Below are positions 40,321 through 53,654 of a stretch of DNA of 64,000 bases, piece after piece. A model generated the notes under the pieces. The model did no database searches, was not told the DNA's origin, and was given only the letters and a program-made list of their open reading frames with translations. This DNA comes from Octopus bimaculoides. Its lineage: Eukaryota. Both the position numbers and the translations under genes were made by a program. Position 1 is the stretch's first letter; the number at the start of each line of letters is the position of its first letter. Location of the stretch: positions 15,536,178 to 15,600,177 of the forward strand of contig NC_069004.1 in NCBI RefSeq assembly GCF_001194135.2, read 5' to 3'.

Positions 40321-40618
40321 TTACTTCTTTTTTTCAGCTGAAAATTCTTGGATTTATAAGTAAATAGGCCATTTACTATATTCTACATTGTGTATCGCTG
40401 GACTGAACCAGACATAAACCAAAACACCAATCGTTTATAATAAGTGGGGATCAGTCTTTTTGTGAAATAACCCAGTACCAGTGGAATATCTTGTGGTTTG
40501 TCATCATCGTTTTAGCAGGTATTTATCTCGATACGTAAAGCTCGTCGATATTTCTCTTTCATGGCACGGGAGGTTAGGCTCTAGACCTAATTTTTATCCC
40601 ATTCCATACAATACACAA

Positions 40619-42910
40619 ATGAACACAAACCGTATGTTCATTTTCCTCGTCAGCTATTTTGTTACTTTGAATATTTGTATCGTTCGTAGCACAGAGGACT
40701 TGTATGATGTCCTAGGTGTGAGCAGGTTCGCCTCCTCACAGGAAATTAAAAAAGCCTATAAAAACTTAGCCAAAATATGGCATCCTGATAAAAATAATGA
40801 TCCTGATGCCACAGACAAATTTATGAAAATTAATGAAGCTTATGAAACTTTGGCTGACAATGATAAACGCTCTATGTATGACAGACATGGTTATAGCGCT
40901 GCACATGAGCCACCTCCGGGGAGCCAAAGAGGGGCAGGCTTCGGCGAATTCCCCTCGTTTTTTAGGCACGGACCCTTCGGCTCATTTAATTTCAACTTTG
41001 GAAACGGTGAATCTATCCTTGATAAATATACTATTTCTTTAAGATTTTACGAAAACCACGTTCTTCCCAACAGTTATTTAACTCCCTATTTTTTATATGC
41101 GTATACAGACTTTTGTTTTGCCTGCATGCACTATGAATCTTTGATTGAAAAAATAATCAAGGAACTTGAAGAAGTTGGTATTGGTGTAGCAACCGTTCAC
41201 GTGGCTTCTAGTCGACCCCTTGCAAGTAGGCTTCGGCTTCACGAAGTGCCCCAAATCATGGGCGTCATTAACGGTCATGTTCACTATTTGAAAAAACAAA
41301 TATCACTGCAGATTCTCAGGGATTTTATCCGCAACCTTTTCCCAACCAATACCATTCAACGTTTAAATGACAAAAATATCAAAGACTTTTTGCTCGGCTG
41401 GCCCGACAATCGTGTCCGAGCACTGTTTTTTTCTGCAAAAGACAAAATTCCAGGTAGGTTTCTTGTACCTGCATTCAGATTTCAAGAGAAAATAGCATCT
41501 GGTTTCATCAACATGAAGGAGGCGTCGGTTGTGGCCAATAGCTTACAGAAATATAATATTAACAATGCTAAAGACACACTTATCATTGTAGGGGAGAATA
41601 TCAACAGTACCCTGGGAGTTGTATCCATGCCTTCATTATCCAAAAATAACGTCGTGGAATTCATGAATAGATTTCAGTTTCTGACTTTACCACGATTATC
41701 TTCTGAACTATTTTTTGATGAACTCTGCCCTATTGAGAGCAAAGTTAAACAGAGGAAGCTGTGTGTTGTTCTTTTGACTTTGAAAACTGAAGAACATGAC
41801 ACTCATCGAACGTTATTTCGAAATTATGTTCAGCAGGCACCATCCTTTCAGAATCGAGTGACATTTTCATACATATTCAAAGATGTTCAGTATCGGTTTG
41901 TTGATGCTTTGTTAGAAGGTAGTCACTCAGGTGAGACTGATGACAGGTTGAAGATAGCTGTTTTATGGCGAATGAACAAAAACCATATAAATTATGAATG
42001 GATTGAACCTGGCTGGTCAAAAGAACTTCATGAAAACCAAGTGGTTTGTCAAAATATGGAAAAGCATTTGCAAGAATTACTTGTTAGTTCTAATCAACTT
42101 CATTATACTGCCACATATACTTCATTTTATAATGAACATTCTTCTGGAATGTTTATGAACATTTTAACAAAACTATCTAATGGTTGCTATGATTTCTACG
42201 AATATATTTCAGCAGGTGTAAGTAACTTTGATGGTGTTATGTGGCTTACCATTTGGTTAGCTATTTTAACTATTGGAGTATTATTCCAAAGAAAGCTTTT
42301 AATTAAAGAGATGAAAAATCGACAGTCAGAGAGGAGAAGGCAACGTGAATCCACAACTACTGCAGAAAGATCAATATATGAAAATTCGAAAATACGTCTG
42401 CATGAACTTTGCAACCAGACCTTCAGTAAGTTGATACTAAATGAGGATTCTTGCTTAACAATTACATTATTAGTTAACAAAGAAAGCAAAGATAAATTAT
42501 TGGCCAAATTCTTGAAAATTGTTAAACCATATTCACTGTCAACAAGATCAAAATTTGCATTTCTTCGATTAGATCATTATTTGAATTGGTATCAACGATT
42601 ATTGAGAGACAGCAATGTTTTCTGTGGGCAGCTCTCTGAAACTGATTGCACTGGAACAGTAATTGCTTTTAATGCTTATCGGAAGTACTATTACATTTTC
42701 CATTCAAAGACTGCCTCTAAACAGGCAAAAAATGCAAACATTGGTAAGAAATGTTCCATATTTGATTCTGATTCAGATGAAGCTGGTGAAACTGAAAATG
42801 TTTTCGATGAACTTCTGATAGGTTTGGAAAACTGGTTAGATAAAGTTATTGATGGAATAGTGGAAAGGATTTTTATTCAGAATTGGCCACTAATGGAAAA
42901 TTCTCTATGA
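40619..42910 (+). CDS. DNAJC16: DnaJ homolog subfamily C member 16 (ERdj8)-like, single-exon ORF, about 763 aa
   Basis: Uninterrupted ORF: signal peptide MFIFLVSYFVTLNICIVRS, J domain with HPD (AKIWHPDKN), thioredoxin-like domain with CFAC, further Trx-like folds, TM segment VMWLTIWLAILTIGVLF, C-terminal WLDKVIDG..IQNWP. Start taken at ATG 40619 (alternative ATG 40634); the track start at 40481 is a GTG. Confidence 0.94.
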   Translation: MNTNRMFIFLVSYFVTLNICIVRSTEDLYDVLGVSRFASSQEIKKAYKNLAKIWHPDKNNDPDATDKFMKINEAYETLADNDKRSMYDRHGYSAAHEPPPGSQRGAGFGEFPSFFRHGPFGSFNFNFGNGESILDKYTISLRFYENHVLPNSYLTPYFLYAYTDFCFACMHYESLIEKIIKELEEVGIGVATVHVASSRPLASRLRLHEVPQIMGVINGHVHYLKKQISLQILRDFIRNLFPTNTIQRLNDKNIKDFLLGWPDNRVRALFFSAKDKIPGRFLVPAFRFQEKIASGFINMKEASVVANSLQKYNINNAKDTLIIVGENINSTLGVVSMPSLSKNNVVEFMNRFQFLTLPRLSSELFFDELCPIESKVKQRKLCVVLLTLKTEEHDTHRTLFRNYVQQAPSFQNRVTFSYIFKDVQYRFVDALLEGSHSGETDDRLKIAVLWRMNKNHINYEWIEPGWSKELHENQVVCQNMEKHLQELLVSSNQLHYTATYTSFYNEHSSGMFMNILTKLSNGCYDFYEYISAGVSNFDGVMWLTIWLAILTIGVLFQRKLLIKEMKNRQSERRRQRESTTTAERSIYENSKIRLHELCNQTFSKLILNEDSCLTITLLVNKESKDKLLAKFLKIVKPYSLSTRSKFAFLRLDHYLNWYQRLLRDSNVFCGQLSETDCTGTVIAFNAYRKYYYIFHSKTASKQAKNANIGKKCSIFDSDSDEAGETENVFDELLIGLENWLDKVIDGIVERIFIQNWPLMENSL

Positions 42911-43904
42911 GTTGTTAAACCTTGTCCTTTTTTCTTGTCGTATGTATTGTTTGTGTCTAGAGTTTTTGCTCCTGGTAATCTGTTGAGGCGGTCTGTTTGT
43001 GGCAACTGCTGTAGAAGATATCAATAATAGTCTGTTGACAATAAAGCCAGTTTTTCAACAGATCTTTCTCTCTTTCTCTGCAACAAGAACAGGCAACAAT
43101 TGATTGACAAACTGGGGACTAATATTTATTTCTAGTTTACTACCAACTACATGAATCAATAAGCAGGAGCCAGGACAATTTATTTAATTCCATTTTGCTG
43201 TTTTGAAATACTAATTTTCTGCTATCCTCTGAACTCTACTGAGACTAAACATTATCAACAATGTTACCATCTCCTCTCTCTCTCTAAACATTTCATGGGT
43301 GAAAAATGAAAAATTCTTTGGAAAGCAACTTGAACACAGTAATTTGGAATAGCTAAGCTGTTTTATTTTGTGCAATAAAAGTTTGCAAAAATATAACATC
43401 AATTAAATAAAGAGAAAAAAAACAGAAAGAAAACAAAACAATAAAGCTAAAATCCTCTTTTCCTCTACATTTCTTCCTTCTGAATGATTGAAGCTGGTCA
43501 TCAAACTGATGTTAGCTTGTGATTGAGAGAAGCTGTTTCATTTTCAAGTTGTATTGATCCATCCAATCACCACTTGCTGTCCTCTTTGTAAAACTCTTTA
43601 ATTTTCCTCTCTTTTGCAAGCAAATCTTTTATATTCACAGCACACTATTGCTACAAATAAACTGACATCACCCTTGACAAACATTTTTTTCTATGAAACA
43701 AAATCTTTTCAGTGCAAAGACGAATAGGATTTTTTTTTAAAACTCAATTATTTAAAATAATTTTATTCTTTGAACAACTACAGACTTCTATCACCGACTT
43801 CATTAACTCTTGCTTCTGCACTCATTAACCAATGAAAATTATTGCAACACTAGTTTAGTGATTTACATATGCTATTTACTTTTCACATGGGAGGTAGCTG
43901 CTAT

Positions 43905-44093
43905 GCAGTTGCTTGTCCTGCTGAAAATTGCAGCTAAATCTTCTGCATATCATCACATTACACTCTAGTGTCTTAGAAAAGCACACATTGGATAATGCAC
44001 TCTTAGGTGCACTGTGCCAAGATAAAGAGGGGGCTGGTCATGGCTGGAGCGCCTTTGTTTGCTCAGAGCTGACCTGGGACTAAAGCAACAACT
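43905..44093 (+). mobile_element. Abundant short interspersed repeat (family F) with (AAC)n tail
   Basis: CTGCT(A)GAAA.TAGCAGC.AAATCT...GGTCATGGCTGG..GCCTTTG...GCTGACCTGGG.CTAAA.CAAC. Copies near 12.2k, 18.4k, 19.7k, 20.8k, 37.9k, 39.6k, 53.4k, 61.7k and 62.9k. Confidence 0.7.
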
Positions 44094-44713
44094 ATTTGAG
44101 TGAAAGACTTTACAGCAGCCTGAGATTTGTGCAAGTTGAAATAAATAGAAAACTGAAATCTAATTTTGTAATACAGCCTTACAAGGGGGGGGGGGCGTAG
44201 GAATAAAAACAACTTTGAATTTAGTATTAGGAAGAACACTAATTATATTAATATACTGGAGTAATTTATTAAAAAAAATATTGATTAATGTTTGCAAAGG
44301 AAGTGGATGGCCATATTGTCATGGATGGGATTGGAAATGGTAGGTGAAGGCAAAAAGTAGACCTGAATAAATGTTAGCTCTACTGATGAAACTTATTTTC
44401 TTGTTAAAGTAACACCTAACTAACAGGGAGAATATTTATGCTGTCCATCGAGTTCAGCTGAATCTTGTTTATTGATTTAATCAGGGCAGGTTCTGTCACT
44501 AGATTCTTGTGTATCACTTGCAGAACTAGAAAGTTGTTCTATAGTCTCTCCACCAAATCAGTGTAGATATCACAGTAGTATAACAGTAATAGTAGTAGTA
44601 ATAGGCTTTGAGTGACAATCACGAGTAGCAGAAGTAGATTAGTAGTTGGGAGGGGTGGTTGAGGCAGAGGTAAGTTAACTGAGGAAGTGGTAGATTGGGG
44701 TTAGTATTGATGG

Positions 44714-44979
44714 TTAATCCATAAACTGCTGGGATTTTGCTGTATGTAACACGAACTGCTGAGCCTATTTTGGGTAAAGGTCAACATCGATCTATCACTC
44801 GAAAAAAATAAAAAAATACTCAGTGTTTCTTAACACCTGTGATTTGGCTACACTGTTTCTGGGGTGAAAGGGTATCGTGTGCATACATTATACGTCATCA
44901 AAATTAGGTCAGATCATGCCCTACTTCTGTGGCCTGTCGCGTTGGCCACTGAGGTGGCCTATCGCAGTTTATGGGTTAA
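44714..44979. mobile_element. piggyBac-type MITE family 2
   Basis: TTAA-TCCATAAACTGC ... GCAGTTTATGGG-TTAA: 12-bp TIR with one mismatch inside TTAA sites. Confidence 0.75.
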
Positions 44980-47635
44980 TAAAAGGCGGTAAGCTAGCAG
45001 AATCGTGAACATGCCGGGCAAAATGCTTAATAGCATTTCGTTCATCATTATGTTCTGAGTTTAGAATTCCACTGAGGTCGACTTTGCCTTTCATCTCTTT
45101 AGGGGTCAATAAAATAAGTTCGAGTTGAACACTGGGGTCAATTTAATTGATTTATCCCTTTCCCCAAACCTGCTAGCCTTGTGCCGAAATTTGAAACCAA
45201 TACTTATGGTTATCTAGGGAAAAATTAACTATAGTTGGTTGGAGAGGCGAAAGAAATCTAATATTTTGAGGTTCGGCTAATACATAAATTTCTTGAGGTA
45301 GATGCTGGACAGGACAATTTTAAATTGTTTAATGCAATTAGAAAAATGAAGTTAGTTGTGTGTAATGGCTCAGTTAGAAGATGGTTAGAAAAAGTTACTG
45401 TAAATACAATCTTATAAAGTTTATAAATGAGTAAAGCAAAAATGGAACAAGCTAGATGAATGCATTTTTGCACAGTTGTGTCCTGTAAATGCATTTTTGC
45501 ACAGCTAAGTATCCAGTTGCAACTTTGACAAATTGATGTAAAAAAGCAATGTTGGTGATGTTTGTTAATTTTGATGTTATTTATTTTTGTTTATATTTTA
45601 TGTCATACATTTGTGAAAATAAGCATTGATGGTTGTAACTTATTTTATATCTCTTTTTTAAACCATATTCATGTCTTTCTCCTATTTTTTTTTTTTTTCA
45701 CAAACATTGTGTTAAAACATTGTCATATGGATTCCTTTTGTAGACGGATTTTTTATTTTATTTTATTTTTCACTTGTGTGTTTTTATTTTTAAAATATCT
45801 AAAAAACCCTCCCCCAAAAAACAATTTTAATAACTTGAATGGTGATAAATAATCCAACATAAATGTTATATAAATCACAGAATATATTTAATAATTAAAT
45901 ATTAAACCAAATCATTTCAAGTATTTTAGTTTAATTTTATAATTATTTCATTGGTATATGACTTTTTTGCTTTGCATCCATTATGTCAAGCCTATTTTTC
46001 CACCTCGTTAATTACTAACTTATTTCATTTCCACTAATTACTCATCATTATGTATAATGACATGGCATTACATCTCTGCAAATATGTCAGAACATTGGAT
46101 AAAACACCCTCAGCGATTTGTTCTCGTTCTTTCATGCATGTTCTCATTCTCTCACCCTTTCAAGGCCAACTTAGTACCGGCATTGTTTTTTCTCTTTTAG
46201 AAAAAAAATTGTGAGTAACGGTCTCTCCTGATTGTTGTCAGATATACAGGGGAATAGATTGCCCTAAGTTTAGATGTACAAGTCTTGTATGTCAGAATGA
46301 TGCCTCCCCTTCCACTGCATGATTCTGTCAGGAGTCAAGCATCTGAGCTATCTCTGCCATATCGTAAACCTCTATTCAACCATAGTTTTTTCTCACTGCA
46401 ACACATTGCTAAACTCCTTAGGAACAAAACTCGGGTTAAAAACTCACACTCCTAACATATTTCAAGTGTTTCATGAAAAACCCATTATTTGGCAGAAAGA
46501 AATTGTATCAGAAAGAAGAGGCATTGTTTAGCATTCAAATTTCTAAAGACATAGAGCAAATACCCTTAGAGCAACATTCTAAGGATTCTGTCTAACCCTA
46601 ACTCTTTTCTGAAATAACATCATGAGTTCCTTCACCCCATTAAATCCACTGACTACTCTTGATTGTCCCCAATGATATTGGATAGACATATGAGACAGAC
46701 ACCTTAAACAGCACCCAAATGAAGACCATTCAACTGATTGCCAAAGACTCTTTCACCAATATGCTCTACCTATTGACTCATGTATGTACCATTCCTTCTC
46801 TTTTCTCCTCCTCCTCTTCTTTGTCTTCTTTTTCATCATCGCCTCCTCCACTTCACTCTCCTTCCATCATCCTCATTCTGCACTGTATCCCAGATTCCAT
46901 ATTATTAAACACCCTCTTTCATCTCCCACTTTTTCTGCCGACCGTACCCCTCACAGGATGTTCAAACTGAATATCACCTACATTGGTCTCACTAATATGG
47001 AGTGGAAGGACTCCAAAGTGTATCAATATTGTCATTCCTTCACTGACCAATAAAAAAAAAGACATCCATCTCAACATTAACTCCTCATCTACAACCATTG
47101 ACCCAGATTCCATTGTCAAATATCCTTGTTTACTCTTGTACTACATTCCCAAATATCTGAATCAAAGCACCATTGCTGACAAAATTACAAATGGTTGTCA
47201 CGTTTATCTTTAACTTGTTTCAGCCATTAGACTATGGCCATGCTGGTGCATCGCCTTGAAGAAGTTTTAGTCAAATGAATAAACCTAAGTACTTTCTTTT
47301 TTTCTTTAGACCTGGTACTTATTTTATCAGTGTCTTTTGCCAAACTGCTAAGTTATAGGGATGTAAACATAACACCGTTTGCCTATCAGTGGTGGGGGAC
47401 AAACAAACACGCACACACATACACATATATGACAGGCTTCTTTCAGTTTCTATCTACCACATCCACTCACAAGGCTTTGGTCAACCACACTGTGGGACTG
47501 AACCTGGAACCATGTGGTTGGGAAGTAAGCTTCTTACCATACAGCCATGCCTGTACCTGCATCTTTTTACCACTTGAAAATGCTGACTTTGCTTTGCACC
47601 TTCTTTCTCTCAGTTATTTCAGTGTGCTGGTTATG

Positions 47636-47868
47636 TTTAATTCTGTTTAGCATTCAAATTTCTCTGTCAAATGTAATCCTTGTTTATTGCCATTATTTCA
47701 AGTCAATCATGAATTATCTCGTAGCTTTGCAGTTTTGGTGATGTGATTCTTTATTTTTTAGAATGACATTGTAGGATACTTGTAAGAGGACAGATCTGGC
47801 CAGTTTTAACTTAGTAGCAGGTAAGATATTTGAGCAAAATATGGTCAGTTTAAACACTAATGGGTTAA
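47636..47868. mobile_element. piggyBac-type MITE family 1
   Basis: TTAA..TTTAGCATTCAAATT ... CACTAATGGG-TTAA. Confidence 0.75.
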
Positions 47869-47894
47869 GTCTTTTTTAGTTGTGAAAGGGTGAA

Positions 47895-48210
47895 GACGCA
47901 TAGCTTAGTGGTTAGAGTGTTCAGCTCGCAATCATAAGGTCATAAGTTCAATTCCCAGCACAGTATTGTGTCCTTGAGCAAGACACTTTATTTCACGTTG
48001 CTCCATTCCACTCAGCTGGCAAAAATGAGTTGTAGCTGTAATTCAAAGCACCATCCTTTTTATATTCTGTGTCACACTGAATCTCTATGAGAACTACGTG
48101 AAGAGTACACATGTCTGTGGAGTGCTAAACCACCTACGTGTTAATTTCACAAGTAGGCTGTTCCATTGATCAGACCGACTGGAACACTCCTCATTGTAAC
48201 CAACAGAATG
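47895..48210 (+). mobile_element. tRNA-derived SINE family A
   Basis: TAGCTTAGTGGTTAGAG (A box), AGTTCAATTCC (B box), TGTCCTTGAGCAAGACACTT central domain. Confidence 0.85.
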
Positions 48211-49956
48211 TCAGTTAATTGTGAAAGGATTTGAATCAACTCATTAAGGTGTGAAACCATGATAGAGTCTGATCAGACACTGCAATACTGGTTCATCACC
48301 TTTTTTGTGTCATCATGTGGCCCCCAAGGCCGCAAGCTGGCAGAATTGTTAGCACACCTGACAAAAAGCCTAAATAGTATTTTGTTTGCCGCTATGTTCT
48401 CAGTTCAAATTCCGCTGAGGTCGACTTTGCCTTTCATCTTTTCAGTGTCAATAAATTAAGTACCAGTTATGCACTGGGGTCAATGTAATCGACTATCCTA
48501 CTTTGCCAAAAATTTTCAAGGCCTTGTGCCTAGAGTAGAAATAATTATCATGTGGCCTCGTTCCCCATTGCTGGACCAATTTACCCTCATTATTATTGGT
48601 GTATGTCACATGGTGATTAAGTGACTTATTTCTGCAGAAGCTCTCTCTTTCCCTCTCTCTTAATTTAAGTTGCTTAAAGGTTAAATATTATACAGCAATA
48701 AATAAATAAATCACTCTCTAGATTATCATAAAGACGTCTGGGTTTCTTAGTTGCCATAAATCTTCCTGATCAAAATTGCTCCAGGTGTGACAATTTTATT
48801 ATTTTTCTGCACTCATTCTCTATGAATCCATTATTCAGTGTATCTTTCCTTTTCTTTATTAAAAATGATGGGGTATAATCTTGCTGATATTTCTAGTAGG
48901 TTGAGCAAGTACATTGAGGCAACATCAGAGAAAAATAGGGAACTGAAACTAGATCTAAAGATTAAGCTTCAATGTTATGTTCTATCTATCTATCTATGTT
49001 TGTCTGTCTCTCTACTTAGATCAGTTTATCACAGCATGGGGTATACACCCCATTGGTGGGACCTAGAAAAATTGTGGTCAGGTGTGATGCTGTAATCGCC
49101 AGGCACAAGGTTCTCATTAAAGTCATTCAATTTTTATTTTCTTAGTCAATAATGTACTTATTTTGTACCCAATACTTAATAAAAGAATTACTGGGTAGAT
49201 TCTTTTGTATTAAATAATTGTGATAAAATATTAAAAATAAAGTTGTTTTTTTTTTCCAACCACTGGTGGGGGCATACATTTTTCTGGAATGTTATTGTAG
49301 GCCCTGGGAGAAAACAGGTTGGGAAACACTGATCTAGATAGACGTGTGTGCCATTATGTTTAAATGATAGAATTGTCTGGTTATGCAAAGTGCAAAAAAT
49401 GTCTAGAAAGGTTAGAATTACAAGCCCTGAGTTCCATTGACTCCCCTATTATCAGCAAATGAAAGCAAATCCTGTTGTGTTTCTGTTGCTAGCAAATAAT
49501 GTAATCTTCACAGCTAATCAGCTACAGTTTGGCTTCAATTTAGTTAATTAGCAAACAAAAACCAAATCTGCCATTGTTGATGCATGTAAAACATTTTTTA
49601 TAATCCTTTCTACTCTAGGCACAAGACCTGAATGTTTGAGGGCAGAAGGTTTATAGTCAGTTACATTGACTCCAGTGTGTAACTGGTACTTCATTGAACC
49701 CCAAAAGAATGAAAGACAAAGTTGACCTCAGCAGAATTTGAACACAGACGAAATGCCACCCTGTTTGGTATGCTAACGGCTCTGCCAGCCTTCTGCCTTT
49801 AAAGCATTTACAATAATTAGTAAACCATGGATTTATTTAGAACAATGTTTTAAATCTCAAAACATACTGGATTATTGATTTTATCTCCATGTCGTATATC
49901 CTGATCAATTGGTCTGACTAAATCCTTCCACTTCCAAAACATAACATTGGATAGAA

Positions 49957-50171
49957 TTCAACCTTTTAGCATTCAGATTACTTTGTCAAATGTAATGCTT
50001 ATTTATTCACATTGTTTTCAATTCATCGTGTATTATCTTGTAGTTATGAGACTTTGATGATGTGATTATTTATTGCAAGACTGGTGTGAAAGGCTGGATC
50101 TGACCAGTTTGAACATAAAAGAGGTAGAATATATGGACTAGATATGGCCAGTTTAAATGCTAAATGGTTAA
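49957..50171. mobile_element. piggyBac-type MITE family 1
   Basis: AACCTTTTAGCATTCAG ... AAATGCTAAATGG-TTAA. Confidence 0.78.
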
Positions 50172-50319
50172 TTCTAGAATGCTTCAGCTCTTGAAATTTT
50201 ATTACTGAATGACAACCTTCTTTCAGTACAAGCATATTGACAAATGATCAGAAGACTGAATTTTAAATATGTAGAAATATTATGTAGAAAGGAGTTCTTT
50301 GGCTACTATCTTGATAATA

Positions 50320-50895
50320 ATGTTCGTCTGTCATCAATGATGACCAGGACATAACATGGAAGATGGGTCACAGTGCATCTAGTTGTGGCCTATGCATGCT
50401 CGAAAAATTCTGCCACAGGTCAGATACTGGTGCTCTGCTGGGAATGAAGGCAAGGACAGCTTGTGTTTCTTTGTGCTCCTGTGATCCTTTTCTGTTTGTA
50501 GGAGACGGCACCTCTGCTCGTGCAGTTACGCCAGGCAGGGCAGTCCTATACCTGCATTTCCCAGGTGTCAGAGTTGATCTGAAAGCACTTCAGTGAGGCT
50601 TTGAGTGTATCTTTGAAGGTCCCAGACACAGAGGTCCTCTCAAGCTCATCTGCCAAGCATTTCCACTCTGCTGAGGAGTGTGCAGGTCAGGTGGACAGGC
50701 CACCTTCTTTGAATGCCCGACACACGACTACCCAAAAAGGGTACTGTCCTATTTATATTAAGAACATGCTTTAAAAAAGGAGTGATAGTGAAGCCTAACA
50801 TGTGAAGCAACTGTGTGAGCTCTAGTTGAGTACTATTTATGTTTAAGAACATATCGAAGTTGATTTGAGCATGGGACAAAGCCAGCTCTTTCAGT
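50320..50895 (-). mobile_element. Second RTE-clade (BovB-like) LINE 3' fragment
   Basis: Minus strand FKDTLKASLKCFQINSDTWEMQV*DCPAWRNCTSRGAVSYKQKRITGAQRN resembles the RTE ORF C-terminus; frameshifted. Confidence 0.75.
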
Positions 50896-51592
50896 TCGTT
50901 GTGATGGGGAAATCTAATTAGGAGTTGCAGACTGATTCAGTCAGTTATAACTCTGAACTAATAATTCAGTTAATTACCTAATAAATCTTAAATATTTCTC
51001 CTGCTAAGAACTATTAATTAAGGTCCACTGAGTCGGTTTAAGGTTACTTTGTAGAGCAGTAACATCCCAAGAGTATATTGGGCAAGCCATTCACCTCTGT
51101 CTGAATTTGTATCACTTGAGCCAAAGAAGAAGTCAAGGGATTTCAAACTCCAAGAAAAAAAGGCTGTTACATGCTGAAGAAAAAACCCAACAGGCCAACG
51201 ACGAGGATGTGATATGGAGAAGGGAATGGCTTATAATTAGAAGCAGTCGTACTTTACAACAAAGTGGATAAGGTAATCAAACCTATTTTTATTGAGAGTC
51301 AAATTTGCAAACCAACGTTAAATATAGTTTTTATTGTCTTTATAATAAAGTCTTTTTGATACCATTCAACGTTTTGTAGTGACATGAAATCACAGCAAAG
51401 TTGTTCATTTTATTTTTGAGAGGAGTTCAACCAAGCCCACCCATTCAAAATACATTGTCACTGCCACAAGTTTTGATTAATCCTATCCTTCATGTTTAAT
51501 GTACATTTCTAGCCTGTTAACCACATCTTACCTTCATTGGTAGTAAATCTTGTACTTCAATAACTTTACAGTTTTTGTCGGTTCTTCAAATA

Positions 51593-51932
51593 NNNNNNNN
51601 NNNNNNNNNNNNNNNNNNNNNNNNNNNNNNNNNNNNNNNNNNNNNNNNNNNNNNNNNNNNNNNNNNNNNNNNNNNNNNNNNNNNNNNNNNNNNNNNNNNN
51701 NNNNNNNNNNNNNNNNNNNNNNNNNNNNNNNNNNNNNNNNNNNNNNNNNNNNNNNNNNNNNNNNNNNNNNNNNNNNNNNNNNNNNNNNNNNNNNNNNNNN
51801 NNNNNNNNNNNNNNNNNNNNNNNNNNNNNNNNNNNNNNNNNNNNNNNNNNNNNNNNNNNNNNNNNNNNNNNNNNNNNNNNNNNNNNNNNNNNNNNNNNNN
51901 NNNNNNNNNNNNNNNNNNNNNNNNNNNNNNNN
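51593..51932. other. Assembly gap (340 N)
   Basis: N run. Confidence 0.99.
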
Positions 51933-52012
51933 TGTAAAAGAACTTGTCAGGTTGGGTCTCCAACAAGGACTTTCGTGATACCCTTAAAGCCAGGACTTTT
52001 CAGCATCCCATT
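51933..52012 (-). mobile_element. Mariner-derived element end, same family as 29311-29784, cut by the gap
   Basis: Reverse complement GATGCTGAAAAGTCCTGGCTTTAAGGGTATCACGAAAG matches 29318-29360. Confidence 0.75.
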
Positions 52013-53654
52013 GTTGCTCTTACAATCATTTCATTTGTTTTATACTTAAAAAAAAAAAAAAAAAATTTGTTGCTTTAACAGGGCCAACTTAAGTTGCTTA
52101 ACTTTTACCTCTCATATTTTTCCATTGCAAATTTCATTGTGTGTAGTTTCCTAATATCCCCCAACATTATACTCTTTACGTACTGCAACCGTATGCAGTG
52201 ATATTAACCCTTGTATTTTGTCACCTCTGTTACAAAATACAAATGTTCCCATCCTTAATTTTCCATTTACTTTGACAATGGCATTTATAATGATTACAGT
52301 AAAAATTATTAAAAGACTGTCATATGTATTTATAAAATGTAAAGTCAGATACATCAAGCTGTAGACTTGTTATCATAATGCACTCTTTTTGATATTCAAG
52401 TCAAACATTTTAGGAAAACTTATAATTAAATAACTTTAAAATTTTTTGAAAACTTTATTAGAAAAATGTATACTAATTACATATTATTCTTTCTACTATA
52501 GGCACAACACTTGAAACTTTTGGCGAGGAAGCCAGTTGATTGCATCAACTCCAGTGTTCAACTGGTATTTTATTTTGTCAACCCCAAAAGGATGAAATGA
52601 AGGGCAAAGTCAGCCTCGGCAATATTTGAACTCAGAACATAAAACCAGAGGAAAATGCTACTTAAGCATTTTGTCTGGCATGCTAACAATTCTGCCAGCT
52701 GACTGCCTCTATTAATCATTTAATAATATACATGAATATAATTCTGTAAGTTCTGTTTTTTCGTATTCAACTTATTAGGGTAAAAATTTGGAAAAACAAT
52801 TTTTTTTTCAACATAACTCAGGCATGGTCCCACGAATTTTTCAAAGGGAGGGCACAAGATCAGAAGGGAATACAATTCCAGGAGAAAAGGGCATAATAAC
52901 GTTATCTAAAAGGGCACACTTCTTTTCTTGAGGTGGGCACATGCCCCTGTAACTGAAGCAATTTTTTTGTTACTGACTCTAGACAGCTTGCTTACCAACT
53001 ACATGGTTCCAGGTTCAGTCCCACTGTGTGGCACCTTGGGCAAGTGTCTTCTAATATAGCCTCGGGCCGACCAAAGCCTTGTGAGTGGATTTGGTAGACG
53101 GAAAGAAGCCCGTTGTATATATGTATATGTGTGTGTGTGTCTGTGTTTGTCCCCCCTAAAAGAGTATGATACCAGTAACAATTTGTGAACTTTCTGTGTA
53201 TCTAAATATAGAATGGCCTTTTATACCTTTGGTGTGTGTGAAAAATTTAAACAGGTTCTGAATTCAGTTGCAATGACAATAGACCGTTACATTCAAACAA
53301 CAGGATAAAATCTCTAAATGACTGTAGGTCACATAAAATTAGAGTGTAGCCTACGTGTTGGAGATCACTGTTCTATGTAATTGTTTGAACTCCTAAAAAT
53401 AGCAGCCAAATCTCCTTCAAATTACATGTATGTTAAAAAAATGGAGGGACAAATTAGATAATTTAGTATGGAAAAATGAAATACAGGATGATTACTTCTG
53501 AAACATCTTTGAACATAGGTTTGCTTGTTCAACACAGAGGTAAATAAATGGGACAAATGTCTAGACATTAAAGTGGTTATTTAATAATGTCCAGTAATAA
53601 CCATCACACAATTTTGACATGGAGAAACCAGTCATGTGCATGTCCACCGTGCTG

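Noticed and set aside
40481-40618. 46-codon N-terminal extension of DNAJC16 in the ORF track
   Set aside because: It begins at GTG, has no homology I recognise, and would bury the signal peptide.
47895-47965. tRNA gene candidates (also about 55257, 60066 and 16581)
   Set aside because: A/B boxes are present but there is no closing acceptor stem, and each continues into a SINE body.
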